From positions 38,628,001 to 38,692,000 of the forward strand of contig CM052818.1 of NCBI GenBank assembly GCA_028534125.1: DNA of 64,000 bases, read 5' to 3'. The notes under the pieces were generated by a model that was not told where the DNA came from, did not search any database, and saw nothing but the letters and a program-made list of their open reading frames with translations. This DNA comes from Lama glama (taxonomy: Eukaryota). The position numbers and the translations under genes are program-made. Positions 12,310 through 25,588 of the stretch are shown here, piece after piece. Each line of letters begins with the position of its first letter. Position 1 is the first letter of the stretch.

Positions 12310-13098
12310 TTTTTAAAAGGGCAAAGGACTTGAGTAGACATTTCTCCCAGGAAGATATACAAATGGCTAATAAGTAGATAAAAAGATGCTCAACATCACA
12401 AGTCATTAGGGAAGCGCTAATCAAAAACCACACTGAGACACCACCTCACACCCACTACTGTACATAAAAAAAATACCAAGACAAAACCAGAAAATAATAA
12501 GTGTTGGTGAAGAGATGGAGATATTGGAATCCAAGGTCAACTGCTGTATGATTTCACTAATGTGACATATCTAAAGTGGTTAAATTCAGAGAGACAGAAA
12601 GTAGAATGGTGGTTGCCAGGGCTGGGAGGAGGGAAGAGTAGGGAGTTTTTGCTGAATGGTGTTAAAAGATAAACTGAGACATATTAAACATTTTAAGAGT
12701 TCATTTGAGCAAAAAACAGTTCAAATCAGGCAGTGTCAAACCGAAAGTGGTTAAGAGCTAAGGAAAGAAATGTTTAAAGACAAGTGGAAGGCGAGGAAAT
12801 TATTTGATTGGCTAGAGCTGAAGTGTTCGCTTTATTTGAGAAAGCCTAGTTGACTATTTGGATTGGTTGTCCTTAGGCTGGGATTTCTTAACCTTGAGGC
12901 AATACAGGCTTAAGTTTGGGTTTGCTTACATCAGCTACTTAGAGTATTAAAGACATCTCAGTCTAATGATGCCTTGTTTAACTGGTTTATCAATGGTTAC
13001 AAAGCTTTAGTTTTGCCATAAGTAAAGATTTCTGGAGGTGAATAGTAGTGATAGTTGCACAACAATGTGAATGTAATTAATGCCACTGAACTGTATAC
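12310..13098 (+). mobile_element. L1MB-like 3' fragment
   Basis: GACATTTCTCC..GAAGATATACAAATGGC, GTAGAATGGTGGTTGCCAGGG and GCACAACAATGTGAATGTA motifs. Confidence 0.85.
12660..12992 (-). mobile_element. Solo ERV1-class LTR inserted in L1
   Basis: TG...CA termini flanked by a 4-bp target-site duplication (TSD) ATGG at 12656-12659 and 12993-12996. L1 sequence resumes after the insert. Confidence 0.8.
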
Positions 13099-13447
13099 CA
13101 TCTGGGTGCTCCTGAATTATATCCTTTTATAGTAGATTGGAAATCTTGTAAGTAAAATGTTGCTCTGCATTCTATGAGCCACTCTTGCAAATTAATCAAA
13201 CTGGGGGAGGTCATGGGACCCTGATTTATAGTCAGTAGGTCAGAAGGACAGGTGATAAACTGGGTTTGCCACTGGCATCTTAAGTGAGAAGGGATGGGGT
13301 CGGGAAGCAGTGTAATAGGGCTGAGCCCTCAACCTGTGGAATCTGATGCTATCTCTGGGGAGATAGTGTCAGAACAGAGTTGAACTGTAGGACACCCAGC
13401 TGGTACCTGGAAAATGACTTGATGCTCTGTGGGAAACCTCCTTACAT
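13099..13447 (+). mobile_element. MER21-like LTR fragment
   Basis: GGGCTGAGCCCTCAACCTGTGGAATCTGATGCTATCTC...GACACCCAGCTGG motif. Confidence 0.7.
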
Positions 13448-13559
13448 TAGAAACTGAGCCTCAAAACCATTTTAGGAGGAATTGAGGATGATCTGCAGGG
13501 TTCTATTTCCAGCGATAAAGACATAGTATCTCCAATAACTGGTAAAAGAAAGTGATTTA

Positions 13560-14400
13560 GGGGATAAGATAATGAAGATTTGCTTATGTTAATATTGAGA
13601 TGCCCATCTGAGTAGTTATATCCAACAGGCAATTGAAGTCTAAAGCTCAGAGAAGTATGGGCTGGAAACAGAAAAATCATCAGTGTAGGTGGTAGCCAAA
13701 ACTACAGGAGTGGATGAGGTTGTCCAGAATGTGTATATATTGTCAGAAGAGAAGACAGCCTGAGTCAGAACTCTAGGAAGCAAAAGACTTGAGGAAGTTG
13801 GGCTCCTGAAGATGATCTAAGAAGGAAAAAAACCAAGATTTCCCAAAACAAATCAAGAGAATGAGGTGTCATGAATGAAACAGAGCATCATGAATGAGGG
13901 AGCGAGGAATGTTGTCAAATGCAGCAGCAAAGTCCAGTAAGGTAAGGGCTAAACATTGTTGATTGGTTTGGAAATTAGAAAATTAATGGTGACCTTAGCA
14001 AGAATGGTTTTAGTAAGTTGGTAAAAGTCAGACTGCAGTAGATTAAGAAATTCTTGGGAAGTGAAGAAACGGAGGGTGTTAGCAATCCTTGGAAACAGTT
14101 GAATGAGAAGTTGGAAAGATTGGATGCTAATTAAAGTAGTCAGAATGTGAATAGAGGGCTTTAGGGTTGTTGATTTTTATGGAGTTTTGTTGGTTTAAGA
14201 TAGGAGAAATGGGCATGTTTATAGACTGAGGAAAAAGAACCAATAGAGAGGGAAAGAAAGAAGAACCAGCACTGCACTTGATTTTAGAAGCAAAGGGAAG
14301 GAATGAGATACAGACAGCAAGTGGAGGTGCTGCTCCAGCCTGGGCAGCCAGTGGGGGTGGGTGCAGAGGCCTTTGTAAAGAGTCAAGAGCAGGGAGATGG
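13560..14400 (-). mobile_element. L2 fragment
   Basis: Purine-rich L2 motifs (GTAATGGTGACCTT-like, GTCAGACTGCAGT). Confidence 0.65.
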
Positions 14401-14724
14401 AATAGCTCAGAACCCATGGCCTCATTTTCTTAAAAAAAAAAAAGTGTCATATATTTAAAGTCATAAAGGAAGGAATTGTTAAGGGCGTTTTGAGAACAAT
14501 AAAGGGTTGGAATAGTTACCTTGGGTAACACAAATCAAAGCCAAAGTGTCGAAGCCCCATTAAAATCAGAGGTCCTGAGACAGATCCAAGAGGAAAACAC
14601 AGACTTCCTCCACTGCAACCACACAAAGCACATCTGCCTGTATCTGAAGGGACAGAAGAATGCTCTTGGCAAGCCAGGTGTCACTAGGACAGCACAGCTA
14701 GGACAACACAGCCAGTGCTAGTGA

Positions 14725-14815
14725 ATCCGCGGAAATGTTCATTTATGATCAATGCAGGCCCGCAGGCCGGGAGGCGGGGGCGGGCAGGTGGTGGTACCGA
14801 TCCGAGAAGCGCTGG
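14725..14815. promoter_or_regulatory. Small CpG/GC-box patch
   Basis: GGCCGGGAGGCGGGGGCGGGCAGGTG with about 8 CpGs in 90 bp, in CpG-poor surroundings. Confidence 0.3.
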
Positions 14816-14849
14816 CACATCTTTCTACTCGTCTTCACTAGGAAGCCAC

Positions 14850-15000
14850 TGCAGAGCTGACTAACATAGGCTCCCTGAGTCTCACTTTCCTCATCTGATA
14901 AATGTTGATAATAAACCCTATCTCATACATTTGCTGTGTTAATGAGAAAATATTTCTAAGGCATATGGTACCTAGTAAGTATTAAATAAACAGCAGGTAT
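14850..15000 (+). mobile_element. MIR
   Basis: CTGAGTCTCACTTTCCTCATCTG core. Confidence 0.7.
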
Positions 15001-15429
15001 ACTCTTCATCATCATCATTATCATCAAAGTAAGTAACTATGGCTGACTGGGTTCCACAGCCCAGGCACAGACCCATTCATAAAAAGTGCGTTTCACAATC
15101 CCAGGCACGCTCAGCTGCCCCTTTCCTCCTGATGTTCCTCTCCTCTCTCCTTTTCCCTAGAAGGCTAATCGTCTGCAAAGTGAATCCAATCATTAGATGC
15201 CCTGCTTCATTTCACAGAAGGAGCAGGGAAAGAAAGAAGTGAAGGAAGGAGTGGAGGACACATGGGAGAGCGAGGGAAGGAGGGAAAGTTACGACTATTA
15301 ATTTGTATTATCAATAACAATAATTAGCTGGGAAGTCAGAAATAAAGGTTTTTCTCACTTTACATAGTAGGCGATCTCCTGAAAAACTAGAATTATTGGC
15401 AATCAAATCCAGTGTCCTCAGGGACTTAC

Positions 15430-15572
15430 GCGTCCATTTGTTGGGCCCTGTTTGTGCTAGTCACCATGCTCAATGCCTAACGCGTATTATATCCTTTAAT
15501 CCTCATCGTGAGCCTGAGAGGCAGCAACCCTCTGATGCCTATTTTACACATGATGAAACAGAGCTTAAGAAA
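15430..15572 (-). mobile_element. MIR
   Basis: TTTAATCCTCA...CCTATTTTACACATGATGAAACAGAG core. Confidence 0.7.
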
Positions 15573-15574
15573 CT

Positions 15575-16010
15575 TGACCAAAGATACTTGTACACCAGTG
15601 TTCATTGCAGCATTTTCATAATAGCCACAAAGGTGGAAGCAACTCAAGTGCCCATGAATGGACATATGGATAAACAAAATGTATTAAGTACATATAATGA
15701 AATATTATTCAGCCATAAAAATAGTGAGATTTTGATAAACATTACAGCATGCATGGGTGGACCTTGAAAACATTATGCTAAGTTAACCTAGCCAGACAGA
15801 AAAGGACAAATATTATATGATTCCATTTATATGAAATATCTAGAATAGGCAAATTCATAGAGACATGTTAGAGGTCACCAGGGGCTGAAGAAGAGAAGGG
15901 AATGGAGAGTCCCTGTACTACGAAACTCTGGGAACAGAATTTCTATCTGGGGTGAAGATAAATTCTGAAAATACATAGTGATGATCTTAGCATGACACTG
16001 TACATGTTAA
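15575..16010 (+). mobile_element. L1MB-like 3' fragment
   Basis: GTGTTCATTGCAGCATTTTCATAATAGCC and CCTTGAAAACATTATGCTAAG motifs. Confidence 0.85.
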
Positions 16011-16867
16011 AACATACATTTCTCTGCTTTCTACTTTTCTCATCCCTTTCTGGAGGGAATAAGCACAGAAAAACCTGTTGTTTAAATTGGCGGAGTGGAG
16101 GGAGAAGGGCAAAATATGTAAGTGTGGGGAGAAAAAAAAACCCATGTAAGTTAATTCCACGCAAGTCTGTCAGACTATAGGTCATATCCTATAGTGTACA
16201 GATGTGCAAGAAAATCATTGGTGTGTGTATCTCTGTAGGCAGGAACATCTATCACTCAAGGAGCTGAAAATAAACAGGGGAGATGGGGGACTTACGGGAA
16301 ATGGAATCAGGGGACCAATTCCTCCACCTCTAGTCTTCTCTCCTTGGGTGGGAGTAGAGAAATTTGAGCCACATAAGGCAGCTGAGGGCGCTGGGAACAC
16401 TAGGCACGGTGAGGGGCTCCGCAGATACGCCGTGCAGTGCCTCAGGGCAAAAGGTGCCCCTCTGAGATAAAAACTTCCAAAAAAGATGCCCCATCCTCTG
16501 GGCTGACACAGAGAGCAGAGCCTTGGCAAACAGAAGAGGGGCTGCATTCCAGCCCAACAAGCCCCTCAGCCCAGCGGCTTTATGCCTCACACAAACTGCA
16601 TGACCCTGCGTGGGATCCCGGCTACCTTTCATTAAAACCATGTTGTACTTCAGATAAGATTACAAGGGAACCTGCAGGAGGGCCTGGCTCCACACTCAGT
16701 CATCCTGGCTAGTTCAGGAACTCCAAACACGGAGCACCAAGGCCATCCGACACTGGCTTTTTGAGTACTTGGTTAGCTTTGGTTTATTGTTTTTGATGAA
16801 CAGATCTCTACCTCTCAGGTAGTGAGCCATAGCCTGAGAATGAAACAAAAATTTCCACGCTCAACCT

Positions 16868-17106
16868 AAAAAAAAAAAATGATGCAAATGAACTTATTTG
16901 AAAAACAGAAAGAGACTCACAGACATAGGAAACAAATGTAGGGTTACCAAAGGGGAAAGGGTAGAGGAGGGATAAATTAGGAGTCTGGGATAAGCAGATA
17001 CAAACTGCTATATACAGAGTAGATAAACAACAAGGGCCTACTGTGTAGCACAGGGAACTATATTCAATAGCTTGTAATAACCTATAATGAAAATGAATAG
17101 GAAAAG

Positions 17107-17160
<54 letters not shown>

Positions 17161-17215
17161 AACTGAATCACTATGCTGCATACCAGAAACACTGTAAATC
17201 AACTATACTTCAATA
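16868..17215 (+). mobile_element. 5'-truncated cetartiodactyl-type L1 3'UTR with (TA)n
   Basis: GCACAGGGAACTATATTCAAT motif, (TA) tract at 17110-17155, and a decayed TSD (AAACAAAAATTTCCACGCTCAA / AAACAAAAATTCACCCTCAA). Confidence 0.9.
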
Positions 17216-19219
17216 AAACAAAAATTCACCCTCAAAAGCTTGCTTGCTGCTCTAAATGGTTTTCATGTGTCTGTGTATCTGTGCTCCTCCACGTAAATGC
17301 CACGGGACACTCTACAGGGAACACAGAACCTTAGAATTCACCGCCCAAGGTTAAAAGAATGATAAACAAGAGCAGAAAAAAGAATAAAGTTGTTAAGCCA
17401 GCCCCTGCACATGCCCCATTTTCTGGTAACCCCGATCATATCTAATGCAAAAGCTGCTTCTAATCAAAAGTGGTTGCATAGCTGTTATAATACTTTCCAC
17501 ATTGGACATTTAAACTAGTGCCCGAGTATCAGGAGGCCTGCATAAACAGACTGTCAGGTTGAAGACGTGTGCTCTTTCGAAGGAAAGCCTGCGCAAACAC
17601 ACGTGGAATGATTCACCTCCAAGAAACACCTCCCGCCCCTCTGCTCACAATGACCCAGTGGAAAATTGCCGTGTGAGTTACTGAGTTAACCTGATTCTAG
17701 GTTGCTGTGGAAACTACTGGAATGAACTGCTCACCTTGAGGAGTGTTCTGATATCATCTGAACCAGGCACATGGAAACTTATTATAGTGACCATTTTCCC
17801 TGCCAAGGAAACCAGTACCATTCTAGAGGCATACAAGAGAAATTAGTTTATTATATACCATCGAGGCTGCCAGACCCTCAATCAATAAGTGAAAAGGCAT
17901 AGACTGAGACCCACTGTAGCCCGCAGGGTGTTAGGGAAGGTGGGGGACATAGAGGTACTGATACGCTAAGTGTTAACAGTTCTGGTTTTGTACACATAAC
18001 TGAGAAAAGGGAACTAACTCTGCCTTGTCAGAAATGGCTCCCGGGCCGTGGGGCTACTCAGTGGGCCACCCCAGAGTGGGCAGGTTCTACCGTATGGATG
18101 ACGATGCTGGAGGTCAGCTCAGCTGTCACCCTGCCTTGAGTTACTCTGGGAGAGAGGAGAAGAGCAAGGAGAACACTGTGCAAAGTCCTGTAGAAGGAAC
18201 AGCAATCAGACCCTCTGAAAAGCATGACTAAGAAATTTTGAAAAATGTGAGGGTGGGTCAGATGTCAACGAGGGATTAAGATAATTTTTCACAGAAGACA
18301 CAGGGTTTGCCATGCCTTTGAAGGAAAATGTAATCAGCTCCCAGCTATGGATTGCTTCCATGTGTTTATTTGTCAACAGCCTAACGAAACAATGCCAAAG
18401 AGAGATGTCCCAGCTCTAGATCTTCCAATCTGGGGTGCTAAACAGCCCACCAGGCTTGAGGCAGCTGGGCTCTATTTCCTCCCCTGCTCCAGGACAAACC
18501 TGCAGTTCTCCAAGCCAGGATGATGGGGTTTCACTTCAGTGGAGACTTTACACTGTTCTCATTCTGCTCCAACATTCATACAACTTGAATTCTTTCTCCC
18601 CTTTGCTGGAGACTTCTTTTGGGGGAAAAAAAATCCAGCTTGATAAAAATTGAAAGGACTAATGTTTGTTCTATCCATGGGCCAACACTCTGATCCTTCC
18701 ATACAACAGAGGGGGTGCTACATGGGCAGTCCCAGGCTCCAGCTCAGGCCAGGTAAGGAGCTAACCCAGGATAAGTGACCCAACACTGGCCATGGTCATT
18801 GACAAAACCTGCAATCATTTTCTAAATGTTTTGTAGTGAAATCATTAGGTTACAAGGATGCTTTTATCAGAGATGCTCCCCTTAAGTCATTCACTCTCTT
18901 GTGGGGAAAAGGTAGTCAAATTATTCAGGACAACACAGAACAAAACAAGCACAAGTTTGCCTGTTCCGCTCAATGATCAGGTGTGTCTGGGACATACATT
19001 GAAAAGAGGGTCTCATCCAGGGAGTACTCATACTTTATGCCATCCTGATAAGGTGTGCTCCTTCTCCGAGTTCCTGATGACACATCCCCATGTCTCTCTT
19101 GACTGGCTTGATCCCGATGTTCCATTCACCTAAGGCTTCACACACACCCAACGATGTGTGTCCATTGCAAAGAATGATTTCCCAGTCAGGCCCTGAGAAA
19201 ATGTCACTTCTAATCTTAA

Positions 19220-19510
19220 CTCATTCATTCATTCATCACTCATTCATTTGTCCAAAATGTCCTGAGGACTTGCTATAGGCTAGGAACAAAGGCAGGCATC
19301 AGAAATAGACACACTGCCCTTGGGGAGCGTGCAGTCCAGCGGAGGCAGAGATTAATAGATGATTATGGCACATGGGAAGAAGTTATATAGCAGAAAGACA
19401 TGCCAAAGGAGCATGCAGGAGGGGCTGTGAAAGTCATTCTGTGAGGGATGGGAAGACCTCATAAAGAGGGAAACACGTAAGTTGAGTCTTAAAAAATGAG
19501 CAGGGATCAT
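19220..19510 (-). mobile_element. L2 3' fragment
   Basis: (TCAT)n tail followed by GGAGCGTGCAGTCCAG. Confidence 0.65.
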
Positions 19511-20399
19511 CCAGAGGAGCACCAATCATTTTCTGGGAGTCTGATTTTCCTATTCCCTAAGGGGCCTGATCACACAACAGTTTATAATTATACCTACATT
19601 AAGCTGTCAAAAATCTTTTCCTAAGAAGCCGACAGTTACTGCCAGGGCTGGCTGATTGCAGCACCGGCATTCTGGCATTGGGTGGGTGGGTGTTGCTGGT
19701 TCTGCAGTCACCAAGCCATGCATCAGCCAGTGTCAGAGGAGGACTCTTCAGGCCCATCTCATTCTATAAGGATCTCCAAGCACCCATCATGTGACAGGAC
19801 CTGTGTATTTCTGGCCACTGTATGGCTGTGTTAATGTCAGTTAATGTTCAATTTAGAAAAGAAGACTGTGGGTCCCTATGGGCCTTCCACCAGCTCCTCC
19901 TCCAGCCCATGCCTGTCCTCAGATCTCTTTTCTCTCCCCTCTGGGGTGTTGAAAGCCTTCACTTTCACACTGTGCTCCCCTGAACACAGTGATTCACTCC
20001 TCCTGTTTCTTAAACCATGGATTACAGGCTGGCGGTTGGGGAACCGAGGCTCTACTTACAGGAATCAGGAAGAGTTCTGAGGATAGCGCAAAGATGGGAG
20101 GACAAGACATTTTCCCACATGTGCAGGCCATCTGTTTTGCCTGTCGTTGAATGGAGAATGTCTTCTTCGCTTCATAAGAACTACAAAATTAACTTATCTC
20201 TAGTCTGTGCTATTAGTCAGCAAATCTCCCAACTTGCCCAGGTCCTCTACCAACCAGACACACTTCAGTTACTTGCAGCTTTCAGGATATGGATGCTAGA
20301 GAAGCTTCTTCAGGGGCTAGGGAGTGTTGGTTGCATAATATTCTCTGGAGCCTCTCCCAACTGCAATAGGCCTTAGGCTTAGGTCATTCAACCTAAGTG

Positions 20400-21250
20400 C
20401 AGGACTGTCCAGTTATGCCCTTCACTACAGGGACCCGGACAAAGCGCAGAGATAACTGATGTGCGGGATGAAGCAGAGACAGCTGTGGAAGGATTCCCCA
20501 GGGGCTGCAATATCTAAGGCAAAGGAAGATCACATGGTGGAGAGTGGGTGTGGCCACAGTTGGAGGGAAAGAGACGAGTGAAAGGCAGCAGTCATCCCAG
20601 AAGGAAGCGACAGTTCTATTGCCACATGCCTCCAACAGGTTAGTTAGACAGGCCTCGGATGGGTACCCCCTGCATTCAGCAGTCAGGAGGCTGGTAATGA
20701 GTGCTGCAAGCACAGTTTTAGTGCAGTGGTGTAGGTGGTGGCTGGATCACAGTGACTCAGAGAGTCAGTGATGGTGATGATGGTTGTATAGCAATGCGAA
20801 TTTACTTAATGCCCCCAATATACTTAAAAGGCTTAAAATGATAAATTGTATGTTATATATATTTTACCACAAAAAAGAATAAAACAGCAAAAAGTGGGCA
20901 GGAGGTTGTGAATGGGAGATAAGAAAAGAAGAGAAGATGGAGATGGAAGAGATATGAGGTCACAAATTTCTGTTTTGTTTTAAGACAGGAGTGATGAGCA
21001 TGTTTATAGGCCAAGTGCAAGGAGCTGCTAAAAATTCATGACAGGAGATTCAACGGTCCAAGAGAAGGACACATGGGGAAAAGTCAAGGGCAAAAGTTGC
21101 ACCACCCTTGGAAAGAAGAGGACTGGCCTCATCCTGTGAAAGCAGAGTGGAAGAGTAGAGGGTGTGGAGGGGAGAAACAGGCTCTGAGGTGGGGAGGGAA
21201 GTGAGAAGGAAGTCTGGGCCCCCGAGGTAGCCAGGGTGGGGCAGCCTGTG
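20400..21250 (-). mobile_element. L2 fragments, interrupted by a short plus-strand L1 3' end (about 20770-20885)
   Basis: L2 purine-rich motifs, and an L1 tail ACTTAAAAGGCTTAAAATGATAAATTGTATGTTATATATATTTTACCAC. Confidence 0.55.
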
Positions 21251-23639
21251 CGTGGTGTGCTGGATGAGCTCAGGACTGCCACTGTGGGGCTGGAGAAGAG
21301 GTTCACCAGCTCTCGGTAATGAATTGGTTGTCCCAACTCCAACTGCCTGTGTCTTCTCAGGAAGAAATGTCAACAAATGCCCCTTGGCCCTCTAGGCCAA
21401 GGCCTCCAGGAAACTCCAGGCCAACTTCACTGGAGAAAAGGCAACAGAATTACGACTGGACCCCCAGGCTCAGCTTTGGGCAACCAGACACAGGCCTGAG
21501 GATGATGCCAGGTTGGCCACGCCTCAGCAGAGCCGCTGGGACAAGGAGGACCTGTAGTCACTGGGTCCCGTTACTTGGGCTACCTGTTCAATCAACCAGG
21601 ACAATAAACACTCACTAGGCAGTGCCAGACAAGGGTCAGGATTCTCCTTTTGGTTCCTGCTTTTATCATCATGTGGTTGCTGTGACGGCTACTATTACTG
21701 TTACCATTATCATCATTATTATAGTTGAATTTGACCCAATGGGATTTGGAGTCCAACATGGAACACTGATGCAGCACAAAAGCATTTTTTTTTATCTTGC
21801 CTGCCTCATATATTAAGTTTCAGTTTTATAGGATTAAAACCAGCTGAGGTCTATGGACGTCTCAGGCCCACTTGACTACCTTCAGGCGTCCTGCTGTGGT
21901 TTGCCACCCACAGTGGCAAGGACTCTTCTGGGATGCAGACGGCAGGGGCTTGGAGAGACTGGTGGGTGGGTGGTCTGGAGAAGCCTCTGATTAAAACTCT
22001 TCAGACCTTCAACCATGGGATCCTAACCTCTGCTTCCAGTGTCTGAGCACAGCTCAAACCCTAGATCCTAGGCAGGACTCTGAGGGACAGAAAGCCCAAA
22101 AAGCAGGAGCAAAAGCTAGAGGGCTACAATGAAGGAGGGCTTAAGGGCTAGTGCTGGGGAGGAGGCTGGCCTGGCTTAAGGTCACCTGTGTTACTCAGAC
22201 TGCAGACATCTGTGTGAGCCCAAGACAGGAGTAAAAGGTGAAGAAGTTCAAGGGAGCAAGAGCCATCATCATGGTTGGGTTTTACCTGCAGGAATAAGCC
22301 CCTGGAAAAAGGACATAAATGCTCCATTCCAGAGTTTCTCCTTGGGGAATTACAGCAGCATTTTGGGGGCTCCCTGACAGATCCAATGTAGCTCTGAAGT
22401 TAAGTAGATGGCCTGGACACTCCGTCCCACTCCCCTACATCCCTGCTGCTCTCAAAGTTCCAGCAAGGCCTCCGAAGCTGCACATCTCTCTTTGTGGAAC
22501 ACTTCCCTGGTGAGAAATGGCCATTCATTCAATGAAACATATTTACTGAATTCTCATATACATCTGCTTAAAACACAAGACCATGAAAAAGATTTAACTT
22601 CGGGTGCCCCTGAGAGATATTTCCAATCTTGACAGCGAGAGCTAAGTGCGTGGTGGTGGAGCAGTGAGCTGAGAACAGGATACAGCCTTGCCTACAGAGT
22701 TCAAAGACTTGATAAACTGCTCATGGGGAAAATTCCTTTGGCTCAGAGCAGACTTCGAAGGACAGTTTGAGATCACTTTCAACTTCAGCTCTTCGGAGGC
22801 CATGAAGAGTGGCTCTGGAGGTAGCATTCTAAACCAGGATGTTCTAGTTTCAAAACATAAGATCTTCCAGCTTTATTTCACTCTTCAATCCTCTCTTACA
22901 TGCTCCTACAGGATGGTCCCCAGGATAGCTAGCATATCCCTTAGGAGATACGTGTTCCTAGTGGATGTGCTTAGGATGGAATAAGGAAGACTGCAGAGAT
23001 GAACAGGGTGGAAGTCAAGCTCCTTTGGTGCACAAATAGATGTTTGCCCTCAGACTCAGTTTTTGTTATTTCCTAGGGTTAAGATCCAGGCAGAACCCAG
23101 AGGCCAGGGGCCAGTGTTTTCAAAGAAGCTACTGGTCTCTCGGGTATGCTTGCTGATGTTGTGAGAAGAGGACAAAGCTGGGGAAGTTGAAGAAAAGACT
23201 AGCCTCATCTGGGAGTAGCTCAATGTCATTGTGACATCCTAGAAAGGAAAAGAAGTTGATCCCTTACAACAAAAACAGACTTAGGAATGAGAGGAATAGC
23301 TTTTATATGGAAGGCTTAGAAGTGTAAGATCAGAAGGAAGAAGGAGCAAACAGAACAAAATACAAGCTATACATTTAAAATGGAGAGAAATTATATGACA
23401 ATGCTAAAGGTGAAGAAAAAAAGAGATGAGTCTTTGGAGAATAACCAGCCTCTAATTTGAATTTTCTCCAGCTTCTGGGAGATCTGAGCCCATTAGACTG
23501 ACTTGGGAGAGTCATCCAGACTTCTTAAGAATGTGCACTTGAAGGAGCCTCGTGATACTAAGAAGGGGTAAGGATGGGGGCAAGTCTAATTGGACTTCAC
23601 CATATCAGACCAGACCCTTTGATCCATTCGGTTAATAAA

Positions 23640-23840
23640 TATATGTGGGTTCATGTCATATTTCTGCAACTTACAGTCTTGTGACTTTGGGAAATTTATT
23701 TAAACTGTCTGGATCTTAATTTCTTTATCAATAAAATAGAGCTAATACCTCATATAATGGTTGTGGTGTTTATACTATATAAGATAATGTTATAAATACC
23801 TCATAATACACCTGGCATACAGTAAATCCTTAACAAATGT
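23640..23840 (+). mobile_element. MIR
   Basis: GTGACTTTGGGAAATTTATTTAA...CCTGGCATACAGTAAAT. Confidence 0.65.
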
Positions 23841-24822
23841 GGTCATTCTACTTATTTATTTGGGTTTCTTGCACTGCATTATGTTTCCTGGAGCAAAACG
23901 TCAGACACACTTTAAAAATTAGAGTGAACTCAAAAATCAGACAAAACTCAATTAACATCTATGGATGTTCAAATATGCTTCCTTACAGTGGTTTGACCAA
24001 CCTTACAATAACTTGAAAAGAGATGTCACTGTTCTGCTACTCCCCACCACCATTAAATAATGTTTAGGTTATTGTTTTAACACACTACCCTTTGACATGC
24101 GACTCTGAGTCCAAGAATGGTATGCCTCATCAGAGTATTTATTAATTAATCCCAGCCTGTCTGTCAACTAACTGTGGTGAATGATTGGGACACAGCAATA
24201 TTACCCTCATGCACCAGCATCACTTTCATTTAAACTCCAGTCAGTGGTACAGTGTTGCAATGTAGGTTTTGGTTGAACATGCAAAGAACATGTGATAAGC
24301 TCTTCACTTACTAGGCTCACAGTGATGGAGGCAAAGTGTCCCACAATGCAGACATTAGGATGAATTCTTTACTATTTTTTGTATTTTCTATTGGGACAAA
24401 TGGTTTTCCCAGTAGATTACTCCTCTGAAACAGTCATGGAAATTAGATGGGAAATACACATATTTACCTTGCACTCAACTTTCTGAAACAAATCTAAGTA
24501 AAATAAGGTCAATACACGTGTACTGTGTATCGTGTACATACAAAATACTATATTATATACCTAATGAGCTTTATGTGGAGCATCCATCAGCTGGATCCCA
24601 GGAGCAGAACTCCTTCTCCCACCCTACCCCTTTGCTGACTCACAATGGACAGGTAAATCAAGGAATAAACCTTTGCTGCTTTAAGCCACTGGGATGCTAC
24701 AATTAATTTGTTATCACATTAAAACCTATCCTATCCTGGCTCACAGAGGAACCATTCCTTGGAATTCTCTAAACCAAACCTCAGACAGAGCTTTAAACTC
24801 AGACTCAAGAGTAGCAGACTTT

Positions 24823-25588
24823 ACTATGGAGAACCGTATGGAGGTCCCTTAAAAAACTAAAAATAGAGTTACCATATGATCAAGCAATCCCACTCCTGGG
24901 GGTGGCAGGGTATATATCTAGAGAAAACTCCAATTCGAAAAGATACACACACCTCAATGTTGAGAGCAGCACTATTTACAATAGCCAAGACATGGAAGCA
25001 AACTGAATGTCCATTGACAGATGAATGGATGAAGATGTGAGATAGATGATAGATAGATAGATAGATAGACAGATAGACAGACAGACAGATAGATAAAATA
25101 CATGTTATAATGGAATATTACTCAGCCATAAAAAAGAATGAAATAATGCCATTCGCAGCAACATGGATGGATCTAGAGATTATCATGTTAAATGAACTAA
25201 GTCAGACAGAGAAAGAGAAATATATGCATCACTTACATGTAGAATCTAAAAAATAACACAAATGAACTTACTTACAAAACAGAAACAGACTCACAGACAT
25301 AGAAAACAAACTTATGGTTACCAAAAGGGGTTGGGGGAGGGATAAATTAGGAGTTTGGGATTAACATATACACACAACTATATATAAAATAGATAAACAA
25401 CAAGGTCCTACTGTATAGCACAGGGAACTATATTCAATATCTTGTAATTACCTATAATGGAAAAGAATATGAAAATATATATACACAAATACATAACTGG
25501 TTCACTTTGCTGTACACCTGAAACAAACATAACATTCTAAATGAACTATACTTCAGTAAAAAGGGGGGAAAAACAGACAATATAAAAA
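24823..25588 (+). mobile_element. Cetartiodactyl-type L1 3' end with (GATA)n(GACA)n
   Basis: GCAGCACTATTTACAATAGCCAAGACATGGAAGCAA motif, and a TSD-like pair AGCAGACTTTA / AGCAGTCTTTA. Confidence 0.9.
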
